Source: Eledone cirrhosa
Taxonomy: Eukaryota
Direction: 5' to 3'
NCBI GenBank assembly: GCA_964016885.1
Contig: OZ024743.1
Span: 59,954,001-60,018,000 of the forward strand
DNA: 64,000 nucleotides
Shown: piece by piece, positions 51,626-63,890 of the stretch
How positions within the stretch are numbered: the stretch's first letter is position 1
Layout of the letters: the number at the start of each line of letters is the position of its first letter
Notes under the pieces: generated by a model
What the model was told of the DNA's origin: nothing
The model's database searches: none
Seen by the model: only the letters and a program-made list of their open reading frames with translations
Program-made: the position numbers and the translations under genes

Positions 51626-53108
51626 TTCGACTATGAGGGAAAGGATAAGGAAGGAATGTTACCGCAGAGTAAGAGCAATCTGAAAAACGGATTGAATTCA
51701 AGGAATAGGATCGATGCCATAAACACGCTTGCCATACCAGTAGTAACCTACAGTTTCAATGTCATCAACTGGTCAAGCACAGAGATCCCTACGCACGATA
51801 CAAAAATTAGAAAATTCTTAACCATGCACAGAATGCTTCGCCCTAAGGCAGATACAGATAGAATATATCTCCCTAGAAAAGAAGGAGGACGTGGGTTAAT
51901 CCAGTTAAATATTGCGTTGAAAACTGCAACAATTGGATTATCTATATATCTAAGGGAATCACATGATTGGATGATCAAACTCGTTTTGAAACACGAAAGC
52001 ATCAAAAGATCATACTCCATTACAAAAGATGCACAAAGATACAGTAATGGACTACAAATTTCAGAAGATCCATTTACTGCTGAAACGGAAAACACAGAAA
52101 AATTAAAGCAAGTAAAAGTAACTGCAAAGAAAGAACTGCTACATAAACTGGCTAAGAAATGGCAAGAAAAGCCTCTGTATGGAAAATACCCAGAAAGAGC
52201 TAGCAATCCTGATGTTGACAAAACTTTAACCCATGAGTGGTTGGCATCCTCTGGACTGAAATCGGAGACTGAACGACTGATTATATCAGCACAAGATCAG
52301 TGTCTGCCCACAAAATATTACCAAGCCAACATAATGAAAAATGGATGCATAAAAAAATTATGTAAAAAACAACCAGAGACCATTGATCATATAATTTCAA
52401 TGTGCAGTCCTATAGCTCCAATCGAATACCTGAACAGGCATGACAGAGCTGCACAATACATACATTGGATAATGTGTAAGCATTTTGACCTGCCGCATCA
52501 AAAGAATTGGTGGGAGCATCAACCACCTCCCATACTTGAAAAAGATCACATCTCAATCTTGTGGAACTTTAGCATCCAAACAGACCGAAAAATAGATGCA
52601 AATAGACCTGATATAATATTGAAGGACTTTAAAAAGAGAGTATGCCTGCTAATTGATATGTCCGTTCCAATAGACAAGAATGTATCTATAAAAACATTTG
52701 AAAAATTGAGCAAGTATAAGGTCCTGGAGATAGAAATTGGAAAAATGTGGAAATTGAGAACTAAAACAATACAAGTGGTTGTAGGCGCTCTAGGAAAGAT
52801 ACCTAAGGGGTATAATGATTACTTATCGCAAATCCCCGGAAACCGGCGTATAGGAGAAATACAAAAGTTAGTACTGATTGGAACTTCCCATATACTAAGG
52901 AAGATTCTGTCAATATAAGTACATCACAAGTCTAAACACCTAAAGATGCATGTGTGTGTATGTATGTTCTTTCTTGAACATGGCGGACCTTGTTGTCTCT
53001 TGAGGTCACTGGCTGTGTCTTGGTGATAACTCGTATGAACATAAAACAAGATAAATGCAACTGTTATAATAATAATATTAATAATAATAATAAGAAGAAG
53101 AAGAAGAA
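51626..53108 (+). mobile_element. R4/Dong family B 3' part (post-RT region and RLE)
   Basis: Collinear with 37320-38762. About 410 codons are open to the stop at 52918. Tail is (AAT)n(AAG)n. Confidence 0.9.
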
Positions 53109-53447
53109 TGAAAGAAATGCTGATATGGGTGCATCTGTGGGCGAGTGAGAACTGATAAACAATGAGTGATGATAAAATATACGTATGATATATACATCAT
53201 GTAGTAAAACAAATCAGAAACATATCTAACATAATATTAGTTTTGTTAACATTTGTAATGTATGTTATGTCTTTTGAAAAGATATCTTATTAGGAGAGAG
53301 TTACATCTACGAAATAATATTTCTGGTTTTTAGCTTTTAAATGTAATGTATTTCATTTATTGAAAGTTAGCTCAGATGCGATTATATTTTTACCAGGCCT
53401 AGTAACCTTTTAAAATATCTTCTCTTACATTTATATTACTATAGATC

Positions 53448-53566
<119 letters not shown>

Positions 53567-53619
53567 TTGGTTTTTTTTTACAATTTAGCTTCAGGCCTAG
53601 TTGTATACAGATATGTATT

Positions 53620-54325
53620 GGAATTTGGTATTTCAGAAGAAATACGGTATGTTTAAAATAAACATTTAGAGAAACGTAGCAATTCCAAAACACCAGCGAC
53701 TGACCCCATCTGTCCAGCAAAAGCAAAGGGTGAATCGTGGATGTGCATTTCGAACTGAACTGTTTCTCATCAGCACGATCCCTCCCACTCCTGCGACTGC
53801 TGGATTTAGAAAACAAATGAAAATATATGGTTTTCTCGTCTGTGTAAATAAGGTGATTAATCTCATTTGCATATGAATTCTATTCTAAATTGAGCAAACT
53901 TATGCAGTTTCGTATGCAAATGAGATTAATCACCTCATTTACATAGACGAGAAAACCATATATTCTCGCCTGTTTTCAAAGGCCAGCAGTTGCAAGAGTG
54001 CGAGGGATCGTGCCGATAAGAACCAGTTCAGTTTGAAAGCGCATCCACGATTGTCCCCTTGCTTCTTCGAGACACCGCCAGATGGCGTTAGTCGCTGGTG
54101 GCGTTGCATAGTTACGGTTCTCTAAATGTTTATTTTAAAAATACCGTATTTCTTCTGAAATACAAATATATATGTGTAGAGAACTATGCTAAATTGTAAT
54201 TCTATTATATTATAAGTTGAGCCAACTTATACTGCTTCATATGCAAATGAGATTAATTACCTCTTTTAAACAGACGAGAAAACCATACATTCTCGCCTCA
54301 TTTCGAAATCTAACAGTTGGAAGAG
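53620..54325. mobile_element. Family X repeat cluster: copy 53620-53877, inverted copy 53888-54165, partial copy 54210-54325
   Basis: Shares ttctcgtctgtgtaaat.aggtgattaatctcatttgcatatgaa with 3232-3277. The first two copies form a ~260 bp inverted repeat. Confidence 0.75.
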
Positions 54326-54434
54326 ATGCTTTTCAATTGTTTTTTTTTTTAATCTTACTTATTATTTAATAAAATCTAAAGCACTAAAAAGAAACAAATT
54401 AAAAATACATCCCAATAAGGAAGGCAGCAACATA

Positions 54435-55450
54435 TCTACTTATATATATAACCAGCAATTTCTCTGTCTGTCTGTCCGACAGTGGAAACACATGCGCGCG
54501 TGCGAATGTTTTTAGCGCACGCGTAGAGAGAGAGTGAGAGTGAAAGAAAGAGACAGACTACGAGAGGGGGATAGCGGGAGGGAGAGAGGGAGAGAGAGTG
54601 AATTGACGCTAAAACAAGTGCTATAGAAACATTACCTTCCCCTATCCACTGACTTTGGTCACTGAGGCCGAGGGAATCGCTGGTTGCTATAGAGACACCT
54701 TGCACAAGCCAGAAGTAACCAGTTCGTGGCGGTTCTGACTTGACACCATGCGAAGAAGGTTGCCATTGAATTTGTGGTTGTTGCTGCTGATAATAAGGAC
54801 CATTTGAAGAAGGTTGCCATTGAATTTGTGGTTGTTGCTGCTGATAATAAGGACCATTTGAAGAAGGTTGCTGCTGCTGAGGTAATGTATTAATCAGATT
54901 GCGCAGTTCCATAACCTACGTTTGATTTGTTCAATTTTTTTCTTCAATTTTTTTTTATTTCTTATTTAAAAAATATAAATAATAAAATAAGGTTAGAAAT
55001 TTAAATACGATTTAATTTCCATTTCCAGCAACCAATATCCAGTGTTGTAAATGTCATGAAAAAATGGGAAATAATTCAAAAAATTGAAGTTTAACTTTTG
55101 AACATTTGTTTTGCAATAAAAAAAATATTTCCTTATTCAAAGCTAATGGTATGATTAAAATTTCATAGGAATATATTTTTCTAACCGCCAGTTATTTAAA
55201 TATTATTAAAAATAAATAAAAAAAAAAAAAAGAATGGAAGATTTTGTGTATTTTTTTACCACCTTCCAAGCCTTAAACACTAATTCTCGCGAATTTGTGT
55301 TTTGTAATGACCCTCAGGACGCTGCTATTGTTGATTCCAATAGTGCCTGGTATTCGAATATGTTAGTATACAATTTTTTGAATAAAATTAAGGCGCAATT
55401 AGAGCTGCCAAACAAAAGTTTTTTCGGCTTCGGCCCATATTATATATATA
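54435..55450 (+). mobile_element. Helitron-like 5' end followed by unrelated (possibly captured) sequence
   Basis: A|TCTACTTATATATATAACC...CTGTCTGTCTGTCC start, homologous to 55503-55690. No matching 3' end found. Confidence 0.5.
54752..54880. repeat. 54-bp tandem repeat (~2.3 copies)
   Basis: Units start at 54752, 54806 and 54860. The minus strand encodes QPSSNGPYYQQQQPQIQW. Confidence 0.9.
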
Positions 55451-55502
55451 TATATAATGGGGATGATGATGATGATATACATAGTTACATATGTATATGT
55501 AA

Positions 55503-56056
55503 TCTCCTTATAATATATAACCAACAATTTCTCTGTCTGTCTGTCCGACAGTGGAAACACGTGCGCGCGTGCGAATGTTTTTTTGCGCACGCGTAGAGAC
55601 AGAGTGAGAGTGAAAGAAAGAGACAGACTACGAGAGGGGGATAGCGGAAGGAAGAATGGGAGAGAGTGATAGTGAATAGACGCTAAAACACGTGTGCGCG
55701 TGCGAATGTTTTTTGCGCACGCGTAGATAGAGAGTGAGAGTGATAGAAAGAGACAGACCACAAGAGGGGGATAGCGGGGGTGTTGGTTGGACGGGGGTGG
55801 GGTGGGGTGGGGGTGGGGTGGAGAGGGGGAATTGAGGAGTGCTACAGAAACATATATACATTTCTGTGTGTGTGTAATATATATATATATATACACACAC
55901 ACACAGAAATATATATATATATACACACAGAAATATATATACATTTCTGTGTGTGTAATATATATATATATACACACAGAAATATATATACATTTCTGTG
56001 TGTGTAATATATATATATACTATCAGAAAACCACCCGGTGGGTGGTTTTCTGCTAG
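55503..56056 (+). mobile_element. Non-autonomous Helitron-like element
   Basis: 5' A|TC, a perfect 13-bp 3' hairpin CAGAAAACCACCC-ggt-GGGTGGTTTTCTG (56024-56052), then CTAG|T at 56053-56057. Confidence 0.65.
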
Positions 56057-57110
56057 TCTATATATATAAAACTGAGGTTGTCTGTCTGTCTACTAAAACG
56101 TTCAGCACACATCTACTCTTAAACCGTGCGTAAAAATTTCGGTGAAATTGCTACAATAATAGATGAAGGTCTGGCGGACACATCGGCCAAAACATTTTTC
56201 AATTCGACCTACGCCAAGTGCAAAAATCGAATTTGTAATGTATTGATTTTTCAGTTCAAATGTATACATAGAGACGAGAGACGAGTTATTTCCCTTTTAT
56301 GGCGTCATTTGTTCATCTATTTACGTTACGAACAAACTCCGCGTACAAAAATACGCGGACAGTTTTCGAGCCAGCAAAACTTTAACCTGCAAAATTCGTG
56401 AGTTCGATGTTTCAACATTAATCTTCCATTTTGCTTCATTTCCATTAAAAAGTCTTTTAAAACAATATTTCAGCGCATCAGTCTCGCCATCACCCGAGGC
56501 AACGCTGTGAGTGTGCTGGCTTGCCTCAAAAATCATTAGAGAGGTTGCCCAGTACTCGTGACGCTGCTGTCTTTTGCTCTGGTGTTGGGCTCCGTTGTTC
56601 ATCCCTTCCTTTTCATTTTCTTTAATAGTGTAGCATTGAAGGAATATATCTTTCATTGTATCATCCTTTGTAGTGTTACCGAGGCATTTGTAATGTTATT
56701 TATGTATATATCTATATATATAAAACTGAGGTTGTCTGTCGCTCTGTCTGCCTGTCTGTCTGTCTACTAAAACGGTCGGCACACATCCCCTCTTAAACCG
56801 TACGGTCAAAATTCGGTGAAATTGCTACACTTATAGATGAAGGTCCGGCAGGGACAGCGGTCAAAATATTTTTCAAATCGACCCACGCCAAGTGCAAAAA
56901 TCGAATTTGTAATGTATTGATTTTTCAGTTCAAGTGTATAAATAGAATATAAGAGACGAGTTATTTCCCTTTTAGGGCTGCGAGTGTGCTGGCTTGCCTC
57001 AAAATTAGAGAGGTTGCCCAGTACTCGCGACGTTGCTGGCTTTTTCTCTGGTGTTGGCTCCGTTGTTCGCCCCTTCCTTTGCATTTTCTTTAATATTGTA
57101 GTTTATGTAT
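56057..57110 (+). mobile_element. Two tandem copies of a second Helitron-like family (starts at 56057 and 56711)
   Basis: Both begin TCTATATATATAAAACTGAGGTTGTCTGTC and are collinear. The second lacks an internal ~200 bp. No 3' CTAG hairpin was seen directly after either copy. Confidence 0.6.
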
Positions 57111-57422
57111 ATATTTTAAATATATTGTAGTTTATGTATATATTTAAAAGATATTTGTTATGTTATTCTACTGTAAATTTATTTATATACTCTGTTTATA
57201 CCCTAAAAATCTATGAAACAACATACATGTTGCAACTCTCTCTATATATATATATATCACACACACACATATACATCTAAAGAGAGAAAGGGAGATGTAG
57301 AGAGAGAGTGTGAGATAGGTCGTTATACAGAGAGAGGTACAATATAATCAGATAGAGAGACAGATAGAGAGAGAGAGACAGAGAGAGAGAATGGCGACGA
57401 ACGCTGGTTCACACACACATAA

Positions 57423-57510
<88 letters not shown>

Positions 57511-57902
57511 TGAGAAAAAAGGAGGAGGGATTGAGAAAGAAAGAAAGTTTAAGCAAATAATCGCTTCTTTCAACATTAACGGGATCTTCTTAAACTAATA
57601 AATTCTATCTGTGAACGCAGAATTAGATATTTCAAAAAACGTTGCAACCGTAGGAAAACAGGAAGACGATATTTTCGTTCGTGAAGACGTTCCGTGGTAA
57701 TGAACGGAAAAAGGCGAGGATAATACGTCGTTATGTGGACCGAGAAGCACAATCCCATGCAAAGACGAGACCAAGTTTATGGTGTAAATGGAGTCGTTAG
57801 ATTAATATTCCATTTAAAATAACCGAATGATTTCCAGCCCCGGAGTTTAAAAATGATGTAAATAAAATTGTAAACGAAAATGACAGAGGTTATTAAAATA
57901 GG

Positions 57903-57987
57903 TGTTTCTACTTTTGGCACAAGGCCAGGTACTTTATTTTATAGACCCCGTAAGGATGAAAGGCAAAGTTAACCTCGACGGGATTTT
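57903..57987 (-). mobile_element. S1 SINE fragment
   Basis: Tail plus central block. Confidence 0.75.
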
Positions 57988-58069
57988 AAATTTGCCTTAA
58001 AATAGTAAAAGTAAATAGTAAAGATTTAGGCCAGTACATACGCGTGCGCCGACGCACACACAAATACCA

Positions 58070-58073
<4 letters not shown>

Positions 58074-58160
<87 letters not shown>
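58074..58160. repeat. (CA)n microsatellite
   Basis: Direct reading. Confidence 0.95.
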
Positions 58161-58163
<3 letters not shown>

Positions 58164-58569
58164 GCGTGTGTAAACCTTATGCATTTCTACAGTATTTCCA
58201 CCAAACTTAAGACACATTACTTATGTACTCCGGATGGTCATGGGCAGTTTCATTTTTCCAGATATTGATTATAGGGCCTCCCGGCAGATAACCCTCTTTA
58301 GCCACTTCCTTAGAGTCGACTGAAGCACTGCAGTGCAATGCAACAAAACGTCATGGCTTCTGGAGTTCGCAACCGATTTTCATAAAACTTGACACATGGG
58401 CTACGTTTGTTTTACAGATCAATGTGAACTCTCAGAATTGAAATATATTGTGTAAGGGATCCCTGGAGGCAGAAACCCCTTTTGGAAAAAGCCGATGGTT
58501 TTGTAAAAGTATAGATGTCCAAGCAACACTGAAGTATTGATATAAATGGTATACATAACTGGTATTTAA

Positions 58570-58600
58570 TACCCGAGCAATGCCGGGTACCTCTGCTAGT
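58570..58600 (+). mobile_element. Helitron-like 3' terminus
   Basis: TACCCG-agcaatgc-CGGGTA hairpin, a 6-nt spacer, then CTAG|T. Confidence 0.6.
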
Positions 58601-58777
58601 ACTTGATAAATGTATCCGAACACGGAAGAGCCGAACTCCCACTCTCGTCACATCCCTCTCTCTCGCCTTCTCCTTCTCTATGTATTATAAGAAAATGGGT
58701 CCCACGTGCTAGCCGCCCCACGACCCCGGTGGACAGAATGGAGAAGATGTATTACCGGAGGATGGTAAGGGAGGTGC

Positions 58778-58915
58778 GAGCGCATCCACGATTTTCCTCC
58801 TTGCTTCTGTTGGACACCGACAGACGGCGTTCGTCACTGGTCTTTTGTCATAGCTTTGTCTCTCTAAATGTTTATTTTAAACATACCTCATTTCTTCTGA
58901 AATACGAAATTCCAA
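58778..58915. mobile_element. Family X fragment
   Basis: Matches 54038-54165 (gcgcatccacgatt...tctctaaatgtttattttaaa...atttcttctgaaatac). Confidence 0.7.
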
Positions 58916-58948
58916 TACATACACACGCGCACACACACACAGACACAT

Positions 58949-59007
<59 letters not shown>

Positions 59008-59011
<4 letters not shown>

Positions 59012-59106
59012 TATAGAAGAGCTTCTACAGGATTAGAACTGTTTCATTCGTGTGAAATCATCACGAATGAAACAGTTCTAGTCTTGTAGAAGCTCTTCTA
59101 TATTAA
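59008..59106. repeat. 45-bp-arm hairpin containing a hammerhead-like motif
   Basis: Arms 59008-59052 and 59062-59106 differ at 2 positions. Minus strand reads TGATGA-TTTC-acac-GAAT-GAAA-CAG-ttctaatc-CTG-TA. Confidence 0.8.
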
Positions 59107-59184
59107 AACATGTATACTCTGCTATGGATTGAGTAACTTACTTACAGTGTTTACCTCCGATTCAACCCGGAATAACTTATTTAT

Positions 59185-59277
<93 letters not shown>

Positions 59278-59280
<3 letters not shown>

Positions 59281-59452
59281 AAGGAAATGTGGTGAGGAAC
59301 CAGATGGACCATAAAGCACGAAATTACTCAATACTTAGGGTAGTAGAGTGGGTAATAGGAACTAGTAGGACCCCGACGCCTCAGCTCGAGCCGTTTCCAG
59401 AATTAGCCGTCGAAACGGTTTGAGCTCAGCCGTTGGGGTCCTACTCGTCTCT
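59278..59452. mobile_element. PLE pseudo-LTR-like piece with a fold-back (same family as 7495-7663)
   Basis: Homologous to 7495-7663. Inverted arms gtaggaccccgacg...agccgtttc / gaaacggttt...cgttggggtcctac. Embedded in (TA)n. Confidence 0.6.
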
Positions 59453-59470
59453 ATATATATATATATATTG

Positions 59471-60838
59471 TTATACTTGGGGAGGGTCATATTTGTGTAA
59501 TAATATTGCCATAATTAATAACAGAACACACTTATTGTTTGGTTGGTTTTCGCTTCTCCGTCTTTTATATCGGTTAATTGAATTTATTCGGACCTCAATG
59601 TTACCATTGACTGACCAACGGTCAAAAATACAGATACAATATAGACACAAACACATATATACAGAGTCTAAAAAAGTTATTTCGTTGCACATCTGCAGCA
59701 TCGTCAGTGGTACTATTATGTTTCCTCCCGTTGTATGCCTACGCCATCTTTATTTAGTATGTTTATTTATTTGTTTTGTCTTCTCCGCGCATGCGTTTGC
59801 GTGTGTGTATAGTGTTTTGTTTGATGTATGTTTGTGTTTGGGTGACTGTGTATTGGTTATTGTATTCTATCTTAGTTTACTAGTGTGTGTTTATATGTGT
59901 TTGTTGTTATTGTGCTTGTGTATGTATTTATTTATTTATTTATACTTCTCTTAGGTCAGTGTTGTTTGTTTGGGTGTTGTTGTTATTCCATTCATTTTTT
60001 CTATTTAGCCTTAGCCTTCTAAATTCTATTTCGCTGGCCTCTCTGATTTGCCTAACTGATGGGTCATTTCTATGTTTCGATATTATTCTAATTTCTATGT
60101 TGTCTATGTTACCGTCGTGTTGTTGTCTGACGTGTTCGTATAGTACTGAACCGTTTTTTCGTCCTTGTAGTCCCCCCCCCCTTTGTTGGTCTATCCTTTC
60201 ACCTATGCTACGAGCTGTCTCGCCTATGTATGTTGTTGTCATGTTTCTGCAAGTACCCTCTGTACATCTTATGCTATAGACTACGTTTCTAGTTTTACAG
60301 TTTATTCGGGGGTTTACTTTAGATATAATACATTTCCTATTAGTACAGTGGGTTTCTTAAATAAATAAATAAATGCATAAATACATACACAAGCACAATA
60401 ACAACAAACCCATATAAACACACACTAGTAAACTAAGATAGAATACAATAACCATTACACATTCACCCAAACACGAACACACATCAAACAAAACACTATA
60501 CACACACGCAAACGCATGCGCGGAGAAGAAAAAAAAAAAATAAAAAAAATAAACAGATTAAATAAAGATGGCGTAGGAATACAATTTAACGGGAGGAAAC
60601 ATAATAGCACCACTGGCGATGCTGCAGATGTGCAACGAAAGAACTTTGTTAGACTATATATATGTGTTTGTGTCTATATTGTATCTGTATTTTTGACCGT
60701 TGGTCAGTCAATTGAGGACCGAATAAATAAAATTAACCGATATAAAAGACAGAGAAGCGAAAACCAACCAAACAATAAGTGTGTTTTGTTATTAATTATG
60801 GCAATATTATTACACAAATATGATCCTCCCCAAGTATA
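59471..60838 (-). mobile_element. 5'-truncated PLE: GIY-YIG endonuclease (59940-60355) flanked by inverted ~470 bp pseudo-LTRs (59471-59945 and 60360-60838)
   Basis: Minus-strand frame HCTNRKCYISKVNPRINCKTRNVVYSIRCTEGTCRNMTTTYIGETARSIGERIDQQ...SVLYEHVRQQH...RQIREASEI....LNRKNEW. The flanking arms are reverse complements. A CTGACGA..GAAA hammerhead-like core lies on the minus strand near 59680-59708. Confidence 0.88.
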
Positions 60839-60889
60839 TCAATATTTGTTTCGATACGATTTCATATCAAAAACCTCGCAAAACTAATG

Positions 60890-60916
60890 TATATATATAT
60901 ATAAATATATATAAAT

Positions 60917-60949
<33 letters not shown>

Positions 60950-61062
60950 TATAAATATATATATATATAAATATATATATAAATATATATAAATATATAT
61001 AAATATATATATATATATATAAATATATATAAATATATATATATATATATAAATATATATAA

Positions 61063-61161
<99 letters not shown>

Positions 61162-61204
61162 TATATATATAAATATATACCAGTAACTACAAGTTGCATT
61201 CCCT

Positions 61205-61250
<46 letters not shown>

Positions 61251-61279
61251 CAGTACTAACTCCAAGTTAAAACCCCTGG

Positions 61280-61321
<42 letters not shown>

Positions 61322-61332
61322 ATATATATATT
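60890..61332. repeat. Long interrupted (TA)n / (TATAAA) low-complexity tract
   Basis: Direct reading. Confidence 0.9.
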
Positions 61333-61419
61333 CATATGTGTTTGACAGTTGTTCTCGTATTATAATAAACAGGCGAAACTGCAGAGGAGCAAGACACACC
61401 GCACATATATATACTAGAC

Positions 61420-61863
61420 CTGAAAAATGCGCAAGCTCAAAAGAGCCACAGAATGTTATAATAAATCTTCAAAAGTGTGGGACTAGAGTTGTTGCTCAAA
61501 TATATTGTAATCATTATCTATCGTATTATCTATCCACAATCTCTGGCATTCATTCATAAAAAGGAGAGTCATAACGAACTCAAGACGACGCGATAATCAT
61601 TTAAGCTAATGTTCATTATCTCATATTAGATGTTTATTAATGATTAATACGAAATGCACCTAAACCGAATTCTATATTATAAATTCACTTAAATAATTAT
61701 CGTGTCGTCTTGAGTTCGTTATGAGTCTCTTTTTTGTAAAAAGATGCCACAGAAGTGTACGATAGATAATGATTACAATATTTTTGAGCAACAACTCTAG
61801 TCCCACACTTTTGGAAGTTTATTATAACATTTTGTGGCTCTTTTGAGCTTGCGTATTTTTCAG
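61420..61863. repeat. Fold-back element with ~180 bp arms (61420-61605 and 61688-61863)
   Basis: ctgaaaaatgcgcaagctcaaaagagccac...gtgtgggactagagttgttgctcaaa...ataacgaactcaagacgac and its reverse complement. Confidence 0.8.
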
Positions 61864-62672
61864 ATATAGTTTAATATTTTTTTAAGGCAACACTTGTAAT
61901 AACTCTAGTTAAACATGATTTATATTAATAATAAATTATCGTTGTAATGTAATTAGATTATATAATTGTTATTTTATAAATGATCTTATAAATATTATTG
62001 TAAGACGTATACAAATATTTTCAGACTTTTAATATAAACAACTACAAAAAACAATCAATATTAAATAAATATATTTTACATAATAATTGTTATAGTTTAA
62101 TTAATAAAAATTAAATATTACATACAAATAGTCTAACATAATAAAAAAATAAATTAACATAATGATAAAAAAATAATCTAACATAATAATGATAAAAATA
62201 ATCTAACATAAAACGAACAATGATATGGACAAATATACAAGTAAATATGATTCAATATTATAAGCATGTTATAACGAACTGAAAAAAATAGTTAATATAA
62301 ATTTAAAAAATCATATATAAATTAACAATATAACTTAGCAAAACGAGAAAAATATTTTGATTATAAACGACGAAATACAGAGGGAATATTTGAAACCGAA
62401 ACGAAAAATAAACGTGCAAATAAAATGGCGGATGCTTTTGACCAACAATTTCTCTCGTTGGTTGATTAGCAATAAGACGAAGAAATTAGCCAATAAGACG
62501 ATACATTACAAAACATATTTGGCAGAGTTCACCACGGCCAGCGATAAACCTTGAATATTTTATTCACAAGCTACGCATATATGTCTGACAGACATGCAGA
62601 CTTAAAACATTCTGTTGTTAGTCACTGAGTGTCTAACAGATGTATTATGTATATATATATATATATATATAT

Positions 62673-62704
62673 ACTAGCTGAGCTACCCGGTGATACCCAG
62701 GTAT
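62673..62704 (-). mobile_element. Helitron-like 3' terminus inserted in (TA)n
   Basis: Minus strand: TACCTGG-gtatca-CCGGGTA hairpin, gctcag, CTAG|T. Confidence 0.55.
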
Positions 62705-62950
62705 TTTAGGAAAGTTACAATATATTTGGCACACATTACAAAATACTTGACCATTCAAATATGATTGCTGAATTTTAATAGAAGTAGGAATTATAGCAGA
62801 ATATTTATTGCTGTTTGGTCAAAGTAAATCATCTAGATGAAAATATTATTTTTTTCCAGTGGTGACTATTTGAATACCCCCCCCCCAAAAAAAAAAGACA
62901 ACACTACAAAAAAAAATATCTTCATAGAAGATATTTTTTTTTTAAAATAA

Positions 62951-63113
62951 CTGTTTCTACTTTAGGCACCACAAGGCCAGTACATTACTGGTACTTTATT
63001 TTATCAACCCCGTAAGGATTGAAGGGCAAAGTTAACCTCGGCGGGATTTGAACTCAGATCATAAAGGGACGTAACTCTATGCTAGAAAGCATATACTGCC
63101 AATCAACCACCCT
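62951..63113 (-). mobile_element. S1 SINE
   Basis: Tail, central block, B-box and head. Confidence 0.8.
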
Positions 63114-63539
63114 ATGTTAATTCAAATAACAGCGGAAAATAGTATATTCAAATAATATATTTTTAAAATACCGGATTATTTTTTTTTTTAGGGGGGGGGG
63201 GTTGTCTGTTAAATACATACATATATACAACTTCTATAAAAGCATCTGTGATTTCTTCAGACATATGTAGAACATAAGCTTTGATGGTAACATATATCGT
63301 CTGCTAAAGAACCCCCCTCCCATAACACACACACATATATATGTGTAAATATATATATATGAACGCGGACACACGTTAGGTAAAGAATCTCTCCAATCAC
63401 CTTCCTTCTTTCCTGCCTCTTTACTTTTCTCTCTCTTCCATCTTTTCCCTTTTCTTCTTGTCTTTCTCTTCCCATCAGTTTCACTCCCTTTTTCTTTCTC
63501 ATCTCCTCTCTTTCTCTCTCTCATCCTCTACAGAATAAC

Positions 63540-63890
63540 GAACAAAAAATAAATAAAAGATAAATAACATTGGGAGAGTTAAGAAGTGTGTAAAAATAAT
63601 AAATAAATAAAAGTTAATGAACGCGGGCGACTTTCCCTTTCTCTCTCCCATCCCATTTCTCTCTCTTTTTCTCTCTTACCTCCCCCTCTCTCTACAGAAT
63701 ATTGAACACAAAATAATTGTTTCTACTTTTGGCACAAGGCCAGCAATTAACCAGTGCATTACTGGTACTTTATTTCATAGACCCCATGAGGATGAAAGGC
63801 AAAGTTAACAAAAAATAATGAAAAGATAAATAACGTTAAGGAAGCGGGAGAGTTAAAAAGTGTGTAAAAATAATAAATAAATAAAAGTTA
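63540..63890 (+). repeat. Local direct duplication (~80 bp at 63540-63616 and 63807-63890) around an S1 SINE 3' fragment (63718-63808, minus)
   Basis: aacaaaaaataa..aaaagataaataac...gggagagttaa.aagtgtgtaaaaataataaataaataaaagtta occurs twice. Confidence 0.75.

Noticed and set aside
51308-52918. 536-aa ORF as a novel gene
   Set aside because: It is a chance fusion. The first ~110 codons are antisense Tx1 ORF1 sequence, followed by a short off-frame stretch and then the R4-B C-terminus, whose zinc knuckle is partly deleted.
53755-53778. CTGATGA-GAAA-CAG on the minus strand as a hammerhead
   Set aside because: There is no stem II and the motif is not conserved in the inverted copy (CCGATAAGAACCAG).
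62415-62500. Promoter-like YY1 (AAAATGGCGG) and CCAAT motifs
   Set aside because: The motifs are short, no downstream gene is visible, and they may belong to a repeat.
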